Assembly: GCF_036279655.1 (NCBI RefSeq)
Contig: NZ_DASUIT010000115.1
Coordinates: 10,214 to 74,213 of the forward strand
Length of the DNA stretch: 64,000 bases
Direction: 5' to 3'
Source: Aquabacterium sp.
GTDB taxonomy: Bacteria > Pseudomonadota > Gammaproteobacteria > Burkholderiales > Burkholderiaceae_C
Shown in pieces: positions 21,219-32,500 of this stretch. The notes under the pieces are model-generated. The model saw nothing but the letters and a program-made list of their open reading frames with translations. It was not told the DNA's origin and did no database searches. The position numbers and the translations under genes are program-made. Positions within the stretch are counted from its first letter, which is position 1; every line of letters starts with the position of its first letter.

Positions 21219-22733
21219 ATGTCCCTGGCACTTGTGCACAGTCGCGCGCTCGATGGGCTGGCATCGCCGCCGGTCACGGTCGAGGTCCATCTGGCCAATG
21301 GCCTGCCCTGCTTCACGCTGGTCGGGCTGGCCGACACCGAAGTCAAGGAAGCACGCGAGCGCGTGCGTGCCGCCTTGAGCAACAGCGGGCTGGATTTTCC
21401 GCACAACAAGCGCATCACCGTCAATCTCGCGCCTGCGGATCTGCCCAAGGAGTCGGGCCGCTTTGATCTGCCCATCGCCGTGGGGATCCTGGCGGCCATG
21501 GGTCACATCGACGCTCGCCGGCTCGATGCGCTGGAGTTTGCGGGCGAATTGTCCCTGGGGGGTGATCTCAGGCCGGTCCGAGGTGCGCTGGCCATGGCGC
21601 TGGCCGTGAGGCGGGGTGGTGAGGCCGCCCGGGCTCTGGTGCTGCCCCATGACAGTGCATGCGAAGCGGCCCTGGTCGATGGTGTGCGTTTGCTGGCGGC
21701 CCGCCAGCTCAGCGAGGTGGTTCAGGCGCTGCGCCCCGAAGATCCCGTGCCGCTGCCGATGGCCCGGGCCAGCGAGGTGGCGGCGGTGCATGCGCCCCAT
21801 GGAGATCTGCGCGATGTGAAGGGCCAGGGCGCCGCCAAGCGGGCGCTGGAAGTGGCTGCAGCGGGTGGGCACAGCCTGCTGATGGTGGGGCCACCGGGCA
21901 CGGGCAAGTCCATGCTGGCGCAGCGTCTGGCCTCGGTGCTGCCGCCTTTGACTCAGGACGAAGCGCTGGAGTCGGCCGCCGTGATGAGTCTGGCCGGGCA
22001 CTTCGACCCGAAGCGCTGGCGTCAGCGCATGGTGCGTGCACCACACCACAGCGCTTCATCGGTTGCGCTGGTGGGTGGCGGTTCACCACCCCGCCCGGGC
22101 GAGATCTCGCTGTCGCATCGGGGCGTGCTCTTCCTGGACGAGCTGCCCGAATTCCCGCGCATGGCATTGGAGGCCTTGCGCGAGCCGCTGGAAACCGGGC
22201 ACATCACCATCTCGCGGGCGGCGCGTCAGCACGACTTCCCGGCGCGCTTCCAACTGGTGGCGGCCATGAATCCTTGTCCATGCGGGCACCTGGGCAACCC
22301 GCTCAAGGCCTGTCGCTGCACCCCGGACCAGGTGGCACGCTACCAGGGCAAGCTCAGCGGCCCCTTGTTGGACCGCATCGATGTGCAGGTGGAGGTGCCA
22401 GCCGTGAGTGCCGACGTGTTGTCGAACCTGCCCGATGGTGAGGGCAGCGAGGCGGTGGCCGAGCGTGTGCGCCAGGCACGGGCCCGGCAGATCGAACGCC
22501 AGGGTTGCCTCAACGCCCTGCTCGATGGCGCAGGCCTGGATGCTCATGCGCACGCCGATGCCGGCGCGATGCACATGCTCAAGGTGGTCAGCGCACGTCT
22601 GGGCTGGTCGGGCCGGGGGTTTCATCGCGTCTTGCGGCTGGCGCGCACCATTGCGGACCTGGAAGGGGCACAGACGCTGGGCAGCGCGCACGTGGCCGAA
22701 GCCGTGCAATACCGGCGTGCTTTGCACGCCTGA
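21219..22733 (+). CDS. comM: ComM/YifB Mg-chelatase-like AAA+ ATPase
   Basis: VEVHLANGLP, KEARERVRAA, NLAPADLPKE, GPPGTGKSM, LFLDELPE, AAMNPCPCG. Confidence 0.93.
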   Translation: MSLALVHSRALDGLASPPVTVEVHLANGLPCFTLVGLADTEVKEARERVRAALSNSGLDFPHNKRITVNLAPADLPKESGRFDLPIAVGILAAMGHIDARRLDALEFAGELSLGGDLRPVRGALAMALAVRRGGEAARALVLPHDSACEAALVDGVRLLAARQLSEVVQALRPEDPVPLPMARASEVAAVHAPHGDLRDVKGQGAAKRALEVAAAGGHSLLMVGPPGTGKSMLAQRLASVLPPLTQDEALESAAVMSLAGHFDPKRWRQRMVRAPHHSASSVALVGGGSPPRPGEISLSHRGVLFLDELPEFPRMALEALREPLETGHITISRAARQHDFPARFQLVAAMNPCPCGHLGNPLKACRCTPDQVARYQGKLSGPLLDRIDVQVEVPAVSADVLSNLPDGEGSEAVAERVRQARARQIERQGCLNALLDGAGLDAHAHADAGAMHMLKVVSARLGWSGRGFHRVLRLARTIADLEGAQTLGSAHVAEAVQYRRALHA

Positions 22734-22819
22734 ATGGGGCACACGGCGGGCGTGGCATGATCCTCCATGGCCTGTTCAGGCCTGTGTGGCTCTGGTTTTC
22801 CATTCAAGGAACTTTGCAT

Positions 22820-23377
22820 ATGAAGACGATGTGGATGTCTCTGGCACGTTGTTCATCGCTGGCGCTGTGTGTCTCGCTGTCGCCCCCGGTCTGGGCGGAG
22901 CACCATGGCCATCACGCAGTGACGACGGCCGCTCCCGCATCCGCCGCCAGCGCCAAGGCCGCTGCGCGGGTGCAGGTGATGGATGCTTGGATCCGCCCCG
23001 CGGTCAAAGGGCAGAGCGGCACGGGTGGCTTCATGCGCCTGACGGCGGTGGATGGCGCGACCCTGGTCGGCTTTGCCTCCCCCGTGGCAGGCACGGCGGA
23101 ACTCCATGAAATGAAGATGGAGGGCGATGTCATGAAAATGCGCCCCATTTCCGCACTGGCACTGCCTGCAGGCCAGGCCGTGGAACTCAAGCCTGGGGGG
23201 CATCACTTGATGCTGATGAACCTCAAGACATCGCTCAAGGCAGGGGCTCAGGTCAGCCTGACCCTGAAGTTCAAAGATCCGGCCGGCAAGCCTTTCAGGC
23301 AGACGATCAAGGTGCCGGTGATGTCAGCGGGACAGGCGCCTGCCGCAGCCTCGGGTCCCATGCACCACGCTCACTGA
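22820..23377 (+). CDS. Periplasmic copper chaperone PCu(A)C
   Basis: Signal peptide; ELHEM...MKM...LKPGGHHLML copper motif; His-rich ends. Confidence 0.88.
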   Translation: MKTMWMSLARCSSLALCVSLSPPVWAEHHGHHAVTTAAPASAASAKAAARVQVMDAWIRPAVKGQSGTGGFMRLTAVDGATLVGFASPVAGTAELHEMKMEGDVMKMRPISALALPAGQAVELKPGGHHLMLMNLKTSLKAGAQVSLTLKFKDPAGKPFRQTIKVPVMSAGQAPAAASGPMHHAH

Positions 23378-24528
23378 TCTTCCAGGCGCCGGGGTGGGTA
23401 GGTGTCCCAGCCCTGGCAGCCCGGACATTGCCAGAAGTAGTGCTGGCTCTCGAAGCCGCAGGCGGCACAGCGGTAGCGCTGCAGTGGCTTGGCGGCCGTG
23501 ATCAGCGATGTCTGCAGGGACTCGATCTCGTGGTCGCTCAGGGCCACGCCACTGCTCAGCCGCTCCGTGATCAGTCCTTGAGCGGCTGACAGGGAGGGGT
23601 GGTTGAGCAGGTGCGACAGCAGATGCTGGCGCCGCACGCCGGGATCCGTCTGCAGGCGGTTCATGGCCTGGAGCACGTCCACGGACGGCGCGTGGGCATA
23701 GAGCGCCTCCAGGCGTGCGTGAGCCTGTTCAGCCTGACCACAGGCCAGTGCTGCCTGTGCATAGTCCTGCGCGATCAGGGAAAAAGCCAGTGGCTGCGCT
23801 GTGATCAGTTCTTCCCAGGCACTCATGGCGTCCGCATGACGTCCCTGGCGCACCAGGCGCTGCCCGGTCTGGACCACTGGGCGCGCGGCCTGGGGGCTGG
23901 CCTCGCGGGCGCGACGCAGGGCCTGCTCGGCTTCATCGGCATGCCCCTTGGCATCGGCCTCCTGGGCCACCTCGCACCAATGGTGCGCGATGCGCGCCGA
24001 GAACGAACCCGTGCCGGCGGCTTCCAACTGCCGGGCCACCTCGATGGCCGGATGCCAGTTGCGTGAACGCTCGTGCAGGGTCAGCAGGGCCAGGCGGGCG
24101 TCGGTGCTGAAGGCCGTGCCATCGAGGGCCTTGAAGGCGTCTTCCGCGCGATCGAACAGGCCGGCCTTGAGGAAGTCCTGTGCCAGCGCGTGCTGCGCAC
24201 GCTCACGGTCTGCCTGCTTGAGGTCGGCGCGCGCCAGCAGGTGCTGGTGCACACGGATGGCGCGCTCGTACTCGCCGCGGCGGCGGAACAGATTGCCCAG
24301 GGCAAAGTGCAGATCCGAGGTGTCAGGGTCATGCTGAACGGCTTCGATGAAGGCATCGATGGCCTTGTCCTGCTGTTCATTGAGCAGCAGGTTCAGTCCC
24401 TTGAAGTAGGCCTGTGGCGAGGCGCGCTCTTCGTTGCGCATCTGGCGCAGATCGAGACGCGAGGCCAGCCAGCCCAGCAGGAAAGCGCCGGGCAGGGCCA
24501 GCAGCAGCCATTGCAGATCAAAGTCCAT
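23371..24528 (-). CDS. lapB: LPS assembly protein B (TPR repeats and rubredoxin-like domain)
   Basis: YFKGLNLLLNEQQDKAIDAF, ALGNLFRRRGE, CAACGF...WQCPGC. Confidence 0.95.
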   Translation of the reverse strand: MDFDLQWLLLALPGAFLLGWLASRLDLRQMRNEERASPQAYFKGLNLLLNEQQDKAIDAFIEAVQHDPDTSDLHFALGNLFRRRGEYERAIRVHQHLLARADLKQADRERAQHALAQDFLKAGLFDRAEDAFKALDGTAFSTDARLALLTLHERSRNWHPAIEVARQLEAAGTGSFSARIAHHWCEVAQEADAKGHADEAEQALRRAREASPQAARPVVQTGQRLVRQGRHADAMSAWEELITAQPLAFSLIAQDYAQAALACGQAEQAHARLEALYAHAPSVDVLQAMNRLQTDPGVRRQHLLSHLLNHPSLSAAQGLITERLSSGVALSDHEIESLQTSLITAAKPLQRYRCAACGFESQHYFWQCPGCQGWDTYPPRRLEDQ

Positions 24529-24539
24529 GTGTGAGCGCG

Positions 24540-24896
24540 TCAGCGCGCAGGTTTGCGAGGAGCCGCGACATCCGGCGGGTGGGGCAGTTGCGACGGCAGG
24601 GTCGAGGGGTTGTCGACACGGGTCGCGACCGCCGCTGGCGCGCCCACCGGGCTGGCTTCGGCCATCATGTGCAGGCGTTTGCGGGCGTCACGGCGGTGAC
24701 GCCACCAGGCGGGCACCATGGCGATCACGCCAGCCACACAGCCCAGGGCAAAGACGGCCAGCACGATGAAGACCATCGGGGCCTGCCAGTGGTAGCCAAA
24801 GAACCAGCGCAACTCGACGGTGTGCTGGTTGTTCAGCGCGAAGGCAAACAGGACGAAGAACAGGAAGCCACGCCAGAGCCAGTTCAGTGCACGCAT
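24540..24896 (-). CDS. lapA: LPS assembly protein A
   Basis: FAFALNN..V.L..FFG, two transmembrane segments; between ihfB and lapB. Confidence 0.85.
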   Translation of the reverse strand: MRALNWLWRGFLFFVLFAFALNNQHTVELRWFFGYHWQAPMVFIVLAVFALGCVAGVIAMVPAWWRHRRDARKRLHMMAEASPVGAPAAVATRVDNPSTLPSQLPHPPDVAAPRKPAR

Positions 24897-24952
24897 CGGG
24901 TGAAGCTCTCCTAGGGTGAAAAACGCACGGGGTCGCCGGGACCCGATCGATT

Positions 24953-25294
24953 CTAGCCCTGGGATCCGTCCGGGGGGGTGGCCTTGCCGGTGGCGGCGTT
25001 GCTGCCTTGCACGCCACGTGCATCCACGGATTCGCGCAGGGCCTTGCCCGGTTTGAAATGGGGCACGAGTTTTTCAGGGATCAGCACCTGCTCGCCCGAG
25101 CGGGGGTTGCGGCCCATGCGGGGTGGGCGGCGGTTGATCGAGAAGCTGCCAAAGCCACGCAACTCGATGCGATGTCCCCGAGCCAGGGCCTCGGACATGG
25201 CGTCCAGAATCGTCTTGACGGCGAATTCGGCGTCACGGTGGGTGAGCTGGCTGAAGCGCTCGGCCAGCTTGGCCACGAGGTCGGATCGGGTCAT
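24953..25294 (-). CDS. ihfB: Integration host factor beta subunit
   Basis: [35 protein letters not shown]. Confidence 0.96.
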   Translation of the reverse strand: MTRSDLVAKLAERFSQLTHRDAEFAVKTILDAMSEALARGHRIELRGFGSFSINRRPPRMGRNPRSGEQVLIPEKLVPHFKPGKALRESVDARGVQGSNAATGKATPPDGSQG

Positions 25295-25320
25295 GGGTAA
25301 TGCGAAATCGGAGGTCTGGC

Positions 25321-25384
25321 GGGGACTGTGGTCAGAGGGCACGAAACCCTCTGAGCACAGCCCCCAGGACGGGCTGTCCTGGGG
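25321..25384. other. Two adjacent stem-loops between rpsA and ihfB
   Basis: GGGG-CTGTG-TCAGAGGG pairs with CCCTCTGA-CACAG-CCCC; CCCCAGGAC pairs with GTCCTGGGG. Confidence 0.6.
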
Positions 25385-25407
25385 AGAAGGGCGTTGAACG
25401 CGGGCGA

Positions 25408-27093
25408 TCAGCCGTTGTTCTGGTCCAGCTTGGCCTTGAGCAGGGCGCCCAGGCTGGTGGTGCCGGAGCCTTCCTTGACGGTCTCAGAGCTCAGACGCTG
25501 CAGGGCTTCTTGCTGCTCTGCGTTGTCCTTGGCCTTGATCGACAGCTGGATGTTGCGGGTCTTGCGATCCACGTTGATGACGATGGCGGTGACTTCGTCG
25601 CCTTCCTTCAGCACGTTGCGAGCGTCTTCGACGCGGTCACGGCTGATTTCGGAGGCGCGCAGGTAACCGATGATGTCATCGCCCAGGTTGATCTCGGCGC
25701 CCTTGGCATCCACGGTCTTGACGGTGCCGGTGACGGAGGCGCCACGGTCGTTCAGGGTCGTGAAGTTGGTGAAGGGGTCGGAATCCAGCTGCTTGATGCC
25801 CAGGGAGATGCGCTCGCGCTCGACGTCGATGGCCAGAACGATGGCTTCGACTTCCTGGCCCTTCTTGTAGTTGCGCACGGCGGCTTCGCCGGGCTCGTTC
25901 CAGGACAGGTCGGACAGGTGCACCAGGCCATCGATGCCAGCGGCCAGACCCACGAACACGCCGAAGTCGGTGATCGACTTGATGGGGCCCTTGACCTTGT
26001 CGCCACGGTTGAAGTTCTGAGCGAAGTCATCCCAGGGGTTGGGCTTGCACTGCTTCATGCCCAGGGAGATGCGACGCTTGTCTTCGTCGATTTCCAGGAC
26101 CATGACTTCCACTTCGTCGCCCAGGTTGACGATCTTGTTGGGAGCCACGTTCTTGTTGGTCCAGTCCATTTCGGACACGTGCACCAAGCCTTCGATGCCG
26201 GGTTCGATCTCGACGAATGCGCCGTAGTCAGCAATGTTGGTGACCTTGCCGAACAGACGGGTGCCCGAAGGATAACGACGCGACACGCCGACCCAGGGAT
26301 CGTCGCCCATCTGCTTGAGGCCCAGCGACACGCGGTTCTTCTCGGCGTCGAACTTCAGGACCTTGGCCGACAGTTCCTGACCCACGGTCACGACTTCGGA
26401 CGGGTGACGGACACGGCGCCATGCCATGTCGGTGATGTGCAGCAGGCCGTCGATACCGCCCAGGTCCACGAAGGCACCGTATTCGGTGATGTTCTTGACC
26501 ACGCCGGAGACGATCGCGCCTTCGCGCAGCGTTTCCATCAGCTTGGCGCGCTCTTCGCCCATCGAGGCTTCGACCACGGCACGACGCGACAGAACCACGT
26601 TGTTGCGCTTGCGATCGAGCTTGATGACCTTGAATTCCATGGTCTTGCCTTCGAACGGCGACATGTCCTTGACAGGGCGCGTATCGAGCAGGGAGCCAGG
26701 CAGGAAGGCACGGATGCCGTTGACCAGAACGGTCAGGCCGCCCTTGACCTTGCCATTGACGGTACCGGTCACGAAGTCACCCGACTCCAGTGCGGTTTCC
26801 AGCGACAGCCACGAGGCCAGGCGCTTGGCCTTGTCGCGCGACAGGATGGTGTCGCCGTAGCCGTTTTCGATGGCGTCCACGGCCACCGACACGAAGTCGC
26901 CCACTTGGACTTCGATCTCGCCCTGGTCGTTCTTGAATTCCTCGATGGGCACATAGGCCTCGGACTTCAGACCGGCGTTGACCACCACGAAGTTGTGGTC
27001 GACGGCGACCACTTCAGCGGTGATGACTTCGCCAGTGCGCATATTGGCGCGCTGCAACGACTCTTCAAATAGGGCGGCAAAAGATTCAGACAT
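25408..27093 (-). CDS. rpsA: 30S ribosomal protein S1
   Basis: 561 aa, six S1 repeats ([29 protein letters not shown]). Confidence 0.98.
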   Translation of the reverse strand: MSESFAALFEESLQRANMRTGEVITAEVVAVDHNFVVVNAGLKSEAYVPIEEFKNDQGEIEVQVGDFVSVAVDAIENGYGDTILSRDKAKRLASWLSLETALESGDFVTGTVNGKVKGGLTVLVNGIRAFLPGSLLDTRPVKDMSPFEGKTMEFKVIKLDRKRNNVVLSRRAVVEASMGEERAKLMETLREGAIVSGVVKNITEYGAFVDLGGIDGLLHITDMAWRRVRHPSEVVTVGQELSAKVLKFDAEKNRVSLGLKQMGDDPWVGVSRRYPSGTRLFGKVTNIADYGAFVEIEPGIEGLVHVSEMDWTNKNVAPNKIVNLGDEVEVMVLEIDEDKRRISLGMKQCKPNPWDDFAQNFNRGDKVKGPIKSITDFGVFVGLAAGIDGLVHLSDLSWNEPGEAAVRNYKKGQEVEAIVLAIDVERERISLGIKQLDSDPFTNFTTLNDRGASVTGTVKTVDAKGAEINLGDDIIGYLRASEISRDRVEDARNVLKEGDEVTAIVINVDRKTRNIQLSIKAKDNAEQQEALQRLSSETVKEGSGTTSLGALLKAKLDQNNG

Positions 27094-27170
27094 GAGGATT
27101 CCTGTGTCGGCTTGGGGCCGACGGTAACGCTTGACCCGACAGGCAACGGGACAGCGGTTGCGTTGAAGAA

Positions 27171-27246
27171 GTGATGCGCGGATTCACGTCGGGTGAGTCC
27201 GGCCGGAAGGCCGCCTCTTCACCGGGCGGTGAAGAAGGCGCATCAC
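27171..27246. other. 76-nt four-way-junction structure upstream of rpsA
   Basis: Closing stem GTGATGCGC/GCGCATCAC enclosing three hairpins with almost no unpaired linkers. Confidence 0.6.
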
Positions 27247-27268
27247 AGCCTAGAAAGGCCTTGAGGGA

Positions 27269-29317
27269 TCACGCCTGAGGCGCAACCACGTGGGGCCACC
27301 CGTCTGTCCACCAGCCCAGCACCGTGTCGACCGATTGGTCGATGCTCAGTGCAGAGTTGTCAAGCAGGCGGGCATCGTGCGCAGGCACCATCGGGGCAAC
27401 CGCGCGGGAACGGTCCCGCAGGTCGCGCGCCTCTAGGTCTGCGCAGATCTCATCAAGGGTAACAGAAAACCCTTTTGAAATCAATTGGTTATGCCGGCGC
27501 TCAGCGCGTTGCGCCACAGTTGCGGTCAAAAACACCTTCAGGCCGGCATCCGGGAAGATCACGGTGCCCATGTCGCGGCCGTCGGCCACCAGCCCGGGCA
27601 GGCCCCGGAAGGCCAGTTGCTGCTCCACCAGAGCCTGGCGCACGCCGGGCAGGGAGGAGATCTTCGAGGCGGTCTGGCCGACTTCTTCCTGGCGCAGATC
27701 GTTGCTCACATCCTGGCCGTCCAGCCAGACGTGGTCGGCCTCGAAGCGCAGCGGGATCTCGTGGCCCAGTTGGCGGGCCAGGGCCACCAGGGCGGGTTCG
27801 TGGTCGGGCGGCACACCGCGGCGCAGGGCCAGCAGGGCCGTGATGCGGTAGAGCGCCCCTGAATCCAGGAACTGATAGCCCAGGCGCGAGGCCAGGGCGC
27901 TGGCCAGTGTGCCCTTGCCCGAGGCGGTCGGACCATCGATGGTGATGACGGGGATCAGGCGGGGATCCGTGCGCGCCACCTGGAACATCGTCTCGAAGTA
28001 GTCGGGGAAGGTCTTGCCCACGCAGCGAGGATCCTCGATCCGCACCGACACCACGCGCTCGGGGCCCATGCCGGCAGCCAGCGGATGGAAGGCGGCCAGC
28101 GAGAAGCACATGGCCATGCGGTGATCGTCGTAGGTGTGGATGCTGGCGTGCTGCCACTGCCCGGCTGCAGGTGGCGTCACCTCGATGAAGTCGGCCCCCT
28201 CGACCACGGTGGCGCCGAGCTTGCGCAGCTCGGTGGCCATGGCGGCAATGCGGTCGGTTTCCTTGACGCGCCAGCTGGCGATGTTGCGCAGGCGGGTGGT
28301 GCCCTGGGCATACAGCGCCATCACGGCCAGGGTCATGGCCGCGTCGGGAATGTGGTTGCAGTCCATGTCCACGGCCTTGAGGGGCCATTGACCGCGGCGG
28401 ATTTCCAGCCAGTTGGGCCCGCCCGTGATCTGGGCGCCCATGGACAGGGCGGCATCGACAAAGCGGATGTCGCCCTGGATGGAGTCCAGCCCCACGCCTT
28501 CGATGCGCACGGGCTGCTCGGCTGCCGCCAGGGCGCCCGCCGCGATGAAATAAGAGGCGGAGGAGGCGTCGGCCTCGATGTGGATCTCGCCGGGCGACTG
28601 GTAGCGGCTGCCGCGCGGGATCACGAAGCGCTCCCAGCCCTGGCGCTCGACCGTGATGCCGAAGCGCGTCAGCAGGTTCAGGGTGATCTCGATGTAGGGC
28701 TTGGAGATCAGCTCGCCTTCGACCTCGATGGTCAGGGCCTGGTCCTGGGACACCAGGGGCAGGGCCAGCAGCAGGGCCGTGAGGAACTGGCTGGAGACAT
28801 CACCGCGCACCTTGATGGGCGCATCCAGCTTCAACTGGCCGCCATGCAGGCGCAGAGGCGGGTAGCCCTCCTGGCCCAGGCAGTCGATGGCGCAGCCCAG
28901 CGGGCGCAGGGCATCGATCAGATCGCCGATGGGGCGCTCGTGCATGCGGGGCACGCCGCTGAGTTCGAACACGCCGCCCTGGGTGGCCGACAGCAGCGCC
29001 AGCGCGGCCGTGAGGGGGCGCATGGCCGTGCCGGCATTGCCCAGGAAGAGCTGGGCCTGCTTGACGGCCAACTGCCCGCCCAGACCGGTGATCTCCAGCA
29101 CCTCACCGTTCTGGTGGATGTGGCAGCCCAGTGCGCGCAGGGACTCGAGCATCACGCGGGTGTCGTCCGAGGCCAGCAGGTCGTGCACGCGGGTGGTGCC
29201 CGAGCTCAGACCGGCCAGCAGCAGCACGCGGTTGGAGATGCTCTTGGAGCCGGGCAGGCGCACGGCGCCGGAGGCGGCCAGCAGAGGGGGCAGATCGAGG
29301 AAGGCGGTCGTGTACAT
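27269..29317 (-). CDS. aroA-cmk: Fused EPSP synthase and cytidylate kinase
   Basis: [39 protein letters not shown], then [30 protein letters not shown]; no intervening stop. Confidence 0.95.
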   Translation of the reverse strand: MYTTAFLDLPPLLAASGAVRLPGSKSISNRVLLLAGLSSGTTRVHDLLASDDTRVMLESLRALGCHIHQNGEVLEITGLGGQLAVKQAQLFLGNAGTAMRPLTAALALLSATQGGVFELSGVPRMHERPIGDLIDALRPLGCAIDCLGQEGYPPLRLHGGQLKLDAPIKVRGDVSSQFLTALLLALPLVSQDQALTIEVEGELISKPYIEITLNLLTRFGITVERQGWERFVIPRGSRYQSPGEIHIEADASSASYFIAAGALAAAEQPVRIEGVGLDSIQGDIRFVDAALSMGAQITGGPNWLEIRRGQWPLKAVDMDCNHIPDAAMTLAVMALYAQGTTRLRNIASWRVKETDRIAAMATELRKLGATVVEGADFIEVTPPAAGQWQHASIHTYDDHRMAMCFSLAAFHPLAAGMGPERVVSVRIEDPRCVGKTFPDYFETMFQVARTDPRLIPVITIDGPTASGKGTLASALASRLGYQFLDSGALYRITALLALRRGVPPDHEPALVALARQLGHEIPLRFEADHVWLDGQDVSNDLRQEEVGQTASKISSLPGVRQALVEQQLAFRGLPGLVADGRDMGTVIFPDAGLKVFLTATVAQRAERRHNQLISKGFSVTLDEICADLEARDLRDRSRAVAPMVPAHDARLLDNSALSIDQSVDTVLGWWTDGWPHVVAPQA
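27456..27484 (-). promoter_or_regulatory. Sigma-70 promoter embedded in the cmk domain, pointing at rpsA
   Basis: TTGATT-17 bp-TACCCT with an extended -10 TG, in a locally AT-rich patch; E. coli rpsA promoters also lie inside cmk. Confidence 0.6.
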
Positions 29318-29329
29318 GGATTCGGGAGC

Positions 29330-30226
29330 TTAGCGTGAGCCGGACGACTTGCCGCTCGGTGCGGGGGTGTTCAAGGTCCACTGGCTGCGCGCCTGGGAGG
29401 CCGACTGGATCTGCTGCTGCAGGGTCTCGCCGTTCCAGTCGCGCATCTGGCGCTCCATGGCCTCCAGCGAAGCACGGAAGGCCTCGGATTGCTTGAGGAT
29501 CTCTTCGCGGTTGGACAGCAGGATGTCGCGCCAGATGGTGGGGTCGCTGGCGGCAATGCGAGTGAAGTCACGGAACCCCGGGCCGGCCAGGGACAGGAAC
29601 TCCTTGCCGGCGGGTTGCTGTTGCATCGCGTTGATGTAGGCAAAGGCAATCAGGTGGGGCAGATGGCTCACGGCGGCAAAGGCCGCATCGTGGTTCTCCG
29701 GGCTCATCTTGAGCACCTGACAGCCGACCGCGGCCCACACATCGGTGGCTTTTTGTACCAGGATGGGGTCGGTCTGCTGCAGGGGGGTGAGGATGACCTT
29801 GCGACCCTGGTAGAGCTGGGCGTCGGCGTGCTCGATGCCGGCCACTTCGCGACCGGCAATCGGGTGGGCGGGCACGAAGGAGGGCAGGCGCTCCTTGAGC
29901 ACGCGGCGGGCGGCATCGACCACATCACGCTTGGTCGAGCCCACGTCCATGAAGAGCACGCCGGGGTTGACCAGATGGCGGATGGATTTGAAGGTGCCTT
30001 CGGTGGCGGCCACCGGCACGGCGATGATGACGATGTCCGAGCCCGAGACGGCCAGCAGGGCCGACTCGGCGGCCACATCGATCACGCCCAGGCGGCGGGC
30101 CTTTTCGACGGTGGAGGGCGACTTGCTGTAGCCCACCACGCGCCGCACCAGGCCCGCTTTCTTGAGGGCCAGGGCGAAGGAGCCGCCCATCAGGCCGCAT
30201 CCGATCAGACCGAGTTGGTTGAACAT
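29330..30226 (-). CDS. tyrA: Prephenate/arogenate dehydrogenase
   Basis: GCGLMGGS, DVGSTK, HPIAG, HDAAFAAVSHLPH, GFRDFTRIA. Confidence 0.93.
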   Translation of the reverse strand: MFNQLGLIGCGLMGGSFALALKKAGLVRRVVGYSKSPSTVEKARRLGVIDVAAESALLAVSGSDIVIIAVPVAATEGTFKSIRHLVNPGVLFMDVGSTKRDVVDAARRVLKERLPSFVPAHPIAGREVAGIEHADAQLYQGRKVILTPLQQTDPILVQKATDVWAAVGCQVLKMSPENHDAAFAAVSHLPHLIAFAYINAMQQQPAGKEFLSLAGPGFRDFTRIAASDPTIWRDILLSNREEILKQSEAFRASLEAMERQMRDWNGETLQQQIQSASQARSQWTLNTPAPSGKSSGSR

Positions 30227-30245
30227 GCGAAGTCCGTCTCAGCGT

Positions 30246-31379
30246 TCAGTGGGCGTCCAGCGGGAAGGTGCCCAGGACCTTGAAGAAGGTGCACTGAGCG
30301 CGCAATTCCTGCAGCGCTGCGGCCAGTTCGGAATCTTGCGGATGCCCGGCCAGGTCGATGTAGAACAGGTATTCCCATTGGCCTGAGCGCGCCGGGCGCG
30401 ACTCGAAGCGTGTCATGGACACGCCATGGCGCTTGAGCGGCACCAGCATGTCGTGGACGGCGCCGGGGCGGTTGTCCACCGAGACGATCAGGCTGGTGCA
30501 GTCGTGTCCCGTGGGGGCGCTGGGCTGGTGGCGGTCGGTGCGGGCCACCACCACGAAGCGGGTGCGGTTGTGGGCCTCGTCCTGCACGGCCGCCTGAACC
30601 ACATGCAGACCATACTGCGCGGCTGCACGTTCGCTGGCCAGGGCCGCCAGGGTGTCGTCCTGCGCCGCCAGGCGAGCGCCTTCGGCATTGCTGGACACCG
30701 GACGGCGCTCGGCATGGGGCAGGTGCTGGCTCAACCAGCCCTGGCACTGGGCCAGCGCCTGAGGGTGGGCCACGACGGCGGTGATACCCTCACGCGAAAG
30801 GGTCTTGCGCAGCAGGTTGTGACGCACCAGCAGCGAGGTCTCGCCCGCGATGGTCAGCGGCGACTGCAGCAGCAGGTCCAGCGAGCGGGCCACGACGCCT
30901 TCGGTCGAGTTCTCGACGGGCACCACGCCAAAGTCGGCGGAGCCGGCCACGGTGGCGCGGAAGACTTCGTCGACCGTGGCACAGGGCACCGGTTCGATCG
31001 ACGAGCCAAAGTAGTTGAGCGCGGCCTGTTCACTGAAAGTGCCCACCGGGCCCAGGAAGGCCACGCGCAGGCGCGCTTCCAGCGAGCGGCAGGCCGACAT
31101 GATCTCGCGCCAGATGGGCGCGATGCTCTCAGGACGCACCGGGCCAGGGTTGGCGGCTTTGAGGCCATCGATCACCTGGGTCTCGCGGTCAGGGCGGAAC
31201 ACGGGCGAGCCATCGATCTTCTTGACCTCACCCACGCATTGCGCCAGACGGGCGCGCTCGTTGAGCAGGGCCAGCAGTTGCTGATCGACGCTGTCGATGC
31301 GCACGCGCAGATCGGCCAGCTGTTCGTCCACCGGACGGTCATCCGGTGCGTGGGAGGCGGAGCTGTGGGAATCAGCCAT
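30246..31379 (-). CDS. pheA: Chorismate mutase / prephenate dehydratase (P-protein)
   Basis: [44 protein letters not shown] and an ACT domain. Confidence 0.95.
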   Translation of the reverse strand: MADSHSSASHAPDDRPVDEQLADLRVRIDSVDQQLLALLNERARLAQCVGEVKKIDGSPVFRPDRETQVIDGLKAANPGPVRPESIAPIWREIMSACRSLEARLRVAFLGPVGTFSEQAALNYFGSSIEPVPCATVDEVFRATVAGSADFGVVPVENSTEGVVARSLDLLLQSPLTIAGETSLLVRHNLLRKTLSREGITAVVAHPQALAQCQGWLSQHLPHAERRPVSSNAEGARLAAQDDTLAALASERAAAQYGLHVVQAAVQDEAHNRTRFVVVARTDRHQPSAPTGHDCTSLIVSVDNRPGAVHDMLVPLKRHGVSMTRFESRPARSGQWEYLFYIDLAGHPQDSELAAALQELRAQCTFFKVLGTFPLDAH

Positions 31380-32478
31380 GACGCTGCGCAAAATCCTTGA
31401 GGTAGTCGACCAGGGCCTGCACACCCGCCAGCGGCATGGCGTTGTAGATCGAGGCGCGCATGCCGCCCACGCTCTTGTGGCCCTTGAGTTGCAGCAGACC
31501 GCGTTCCTTGGCGCCGGCCAGGAAGGCGTCGTTGAGGCTGTCGGAGGGCAGGAAGAAGGGCACGTTCATGCGCGAGCGCACGGCCTTTTCCACCTTGTTG
31601 CTGTAAAAGCCCGAGCCATCGATATAGCCGTACAGCAGGGAGGCCTTGGCCACATTGCGGGCCTCGATGGCCGCCAGGCCGGTCAGCTCGCCTTCGCGCT
31701 GGGCCTTGATCCACTGGAATACCAGGCCGGCCAGATACCAGGCATAGGTCGGCGGCGTGTTGTACATCGAATCGTGCTCCGCCACGGTCTGGTAGTTGAA
31801 GCCAGAGGGCGTGATCGGCAGGGCCTGACCCAGCAGGTCTTCCCGGATGATGACCAGCGTGAGTCCGGCCGGACCGATGTTCTTTTGTGCTCCGCCATAA
31901 GCCACGGCCACGCGCGACCAGTCGATGGGACGCGAGGTGATGTGCGACGAGCAGTCGATCACCAGCGGGGCCCTGGAGCCCAGGGCAGCCAGGTCGGGCA
32001 ACTCGTGCATTTCGAGACCATGGATGGTCTCGTTGCTGCACACATGCACGTAGGCAGCGTCGTCGCTGAGTTGCCAGGAACCGTAGGCGGGCATGCGGGT
32101 GTGGTGATCGCCCTCGTTCGTGGCGGCCACGTTCACATCGCAATACTTGCGTGCTTCCTTGGCGGATTTCTGGGACCACGAACCGGTGATCACATAGTCC
32201 GTGCGCGCACCACGGGACAGGTTCATGGGCAGGATCGCGTTTTCAGCGATGGCCCCGCCCTGCATGAACAGCACCTTGTAGTGGCTCGGGATGGCGAGGA
32301 TGTCGCGCAGATCGGCCTCGGCCTGCTGGGCGATGGAGATGAACTCCTTGCCGCGATGGCTCATCTCCATCACGCTCATGCCCGAGCCATGCCAGTCGAG
32401 CATCTCGTCGGCGGCCTGGCGCAGCACCTCTTCAGGCAGCGTGGCCGGGCCGGCGGAAAAGTTGAAAGGACGAGGCAT
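31372..32478 (-). CDS. serC: Phosphoserine aminotransferase
   Basis: [46 protein letters not shown]. Confidence 0.97.
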   Translation of the reverse strand: MPRPFNFSAGPATLPEEVLRQAADEMLDWHGSGMSVMEMSHRGKEFISIAQQAEADLRDILAIPSHYKVLFMQGGAIAENAILPMNLSRGARTDYVITGSWSQKSAKEARKYCDVNVAATNEGDHHTRMPAYGSWQLSDDAAYVHVCSNETIHGLEMHELPDLAALGSRAPLVIDCSSHITSRPIDWSRVAVAYGGAQKNIGPAGLTLVIIREDLLGQALPITPSGFNYQTVAEHDSMYNTPPTYAWYLAGLVFQWIKAQREGELTGLAAIEARNVAKASLLYGYIDGSGFYSNKVEKAVRSRMNVPFFLPSDSLNDAFLAGAKERGLLQLKGHKSVGGMRASIYNAMPLAGVQALVDYLKDFAQRHG

Positions 32479-32500
32479 CAGGCGAAATCCTCCAGCGGCA

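Noticed and set aside
27171-27246. tRNA or tRNA pseudogene
   Set aside because: Right length, but no TTC T-loop, no D-loop GG, no 7-nt anticodon loop and no CCA end.
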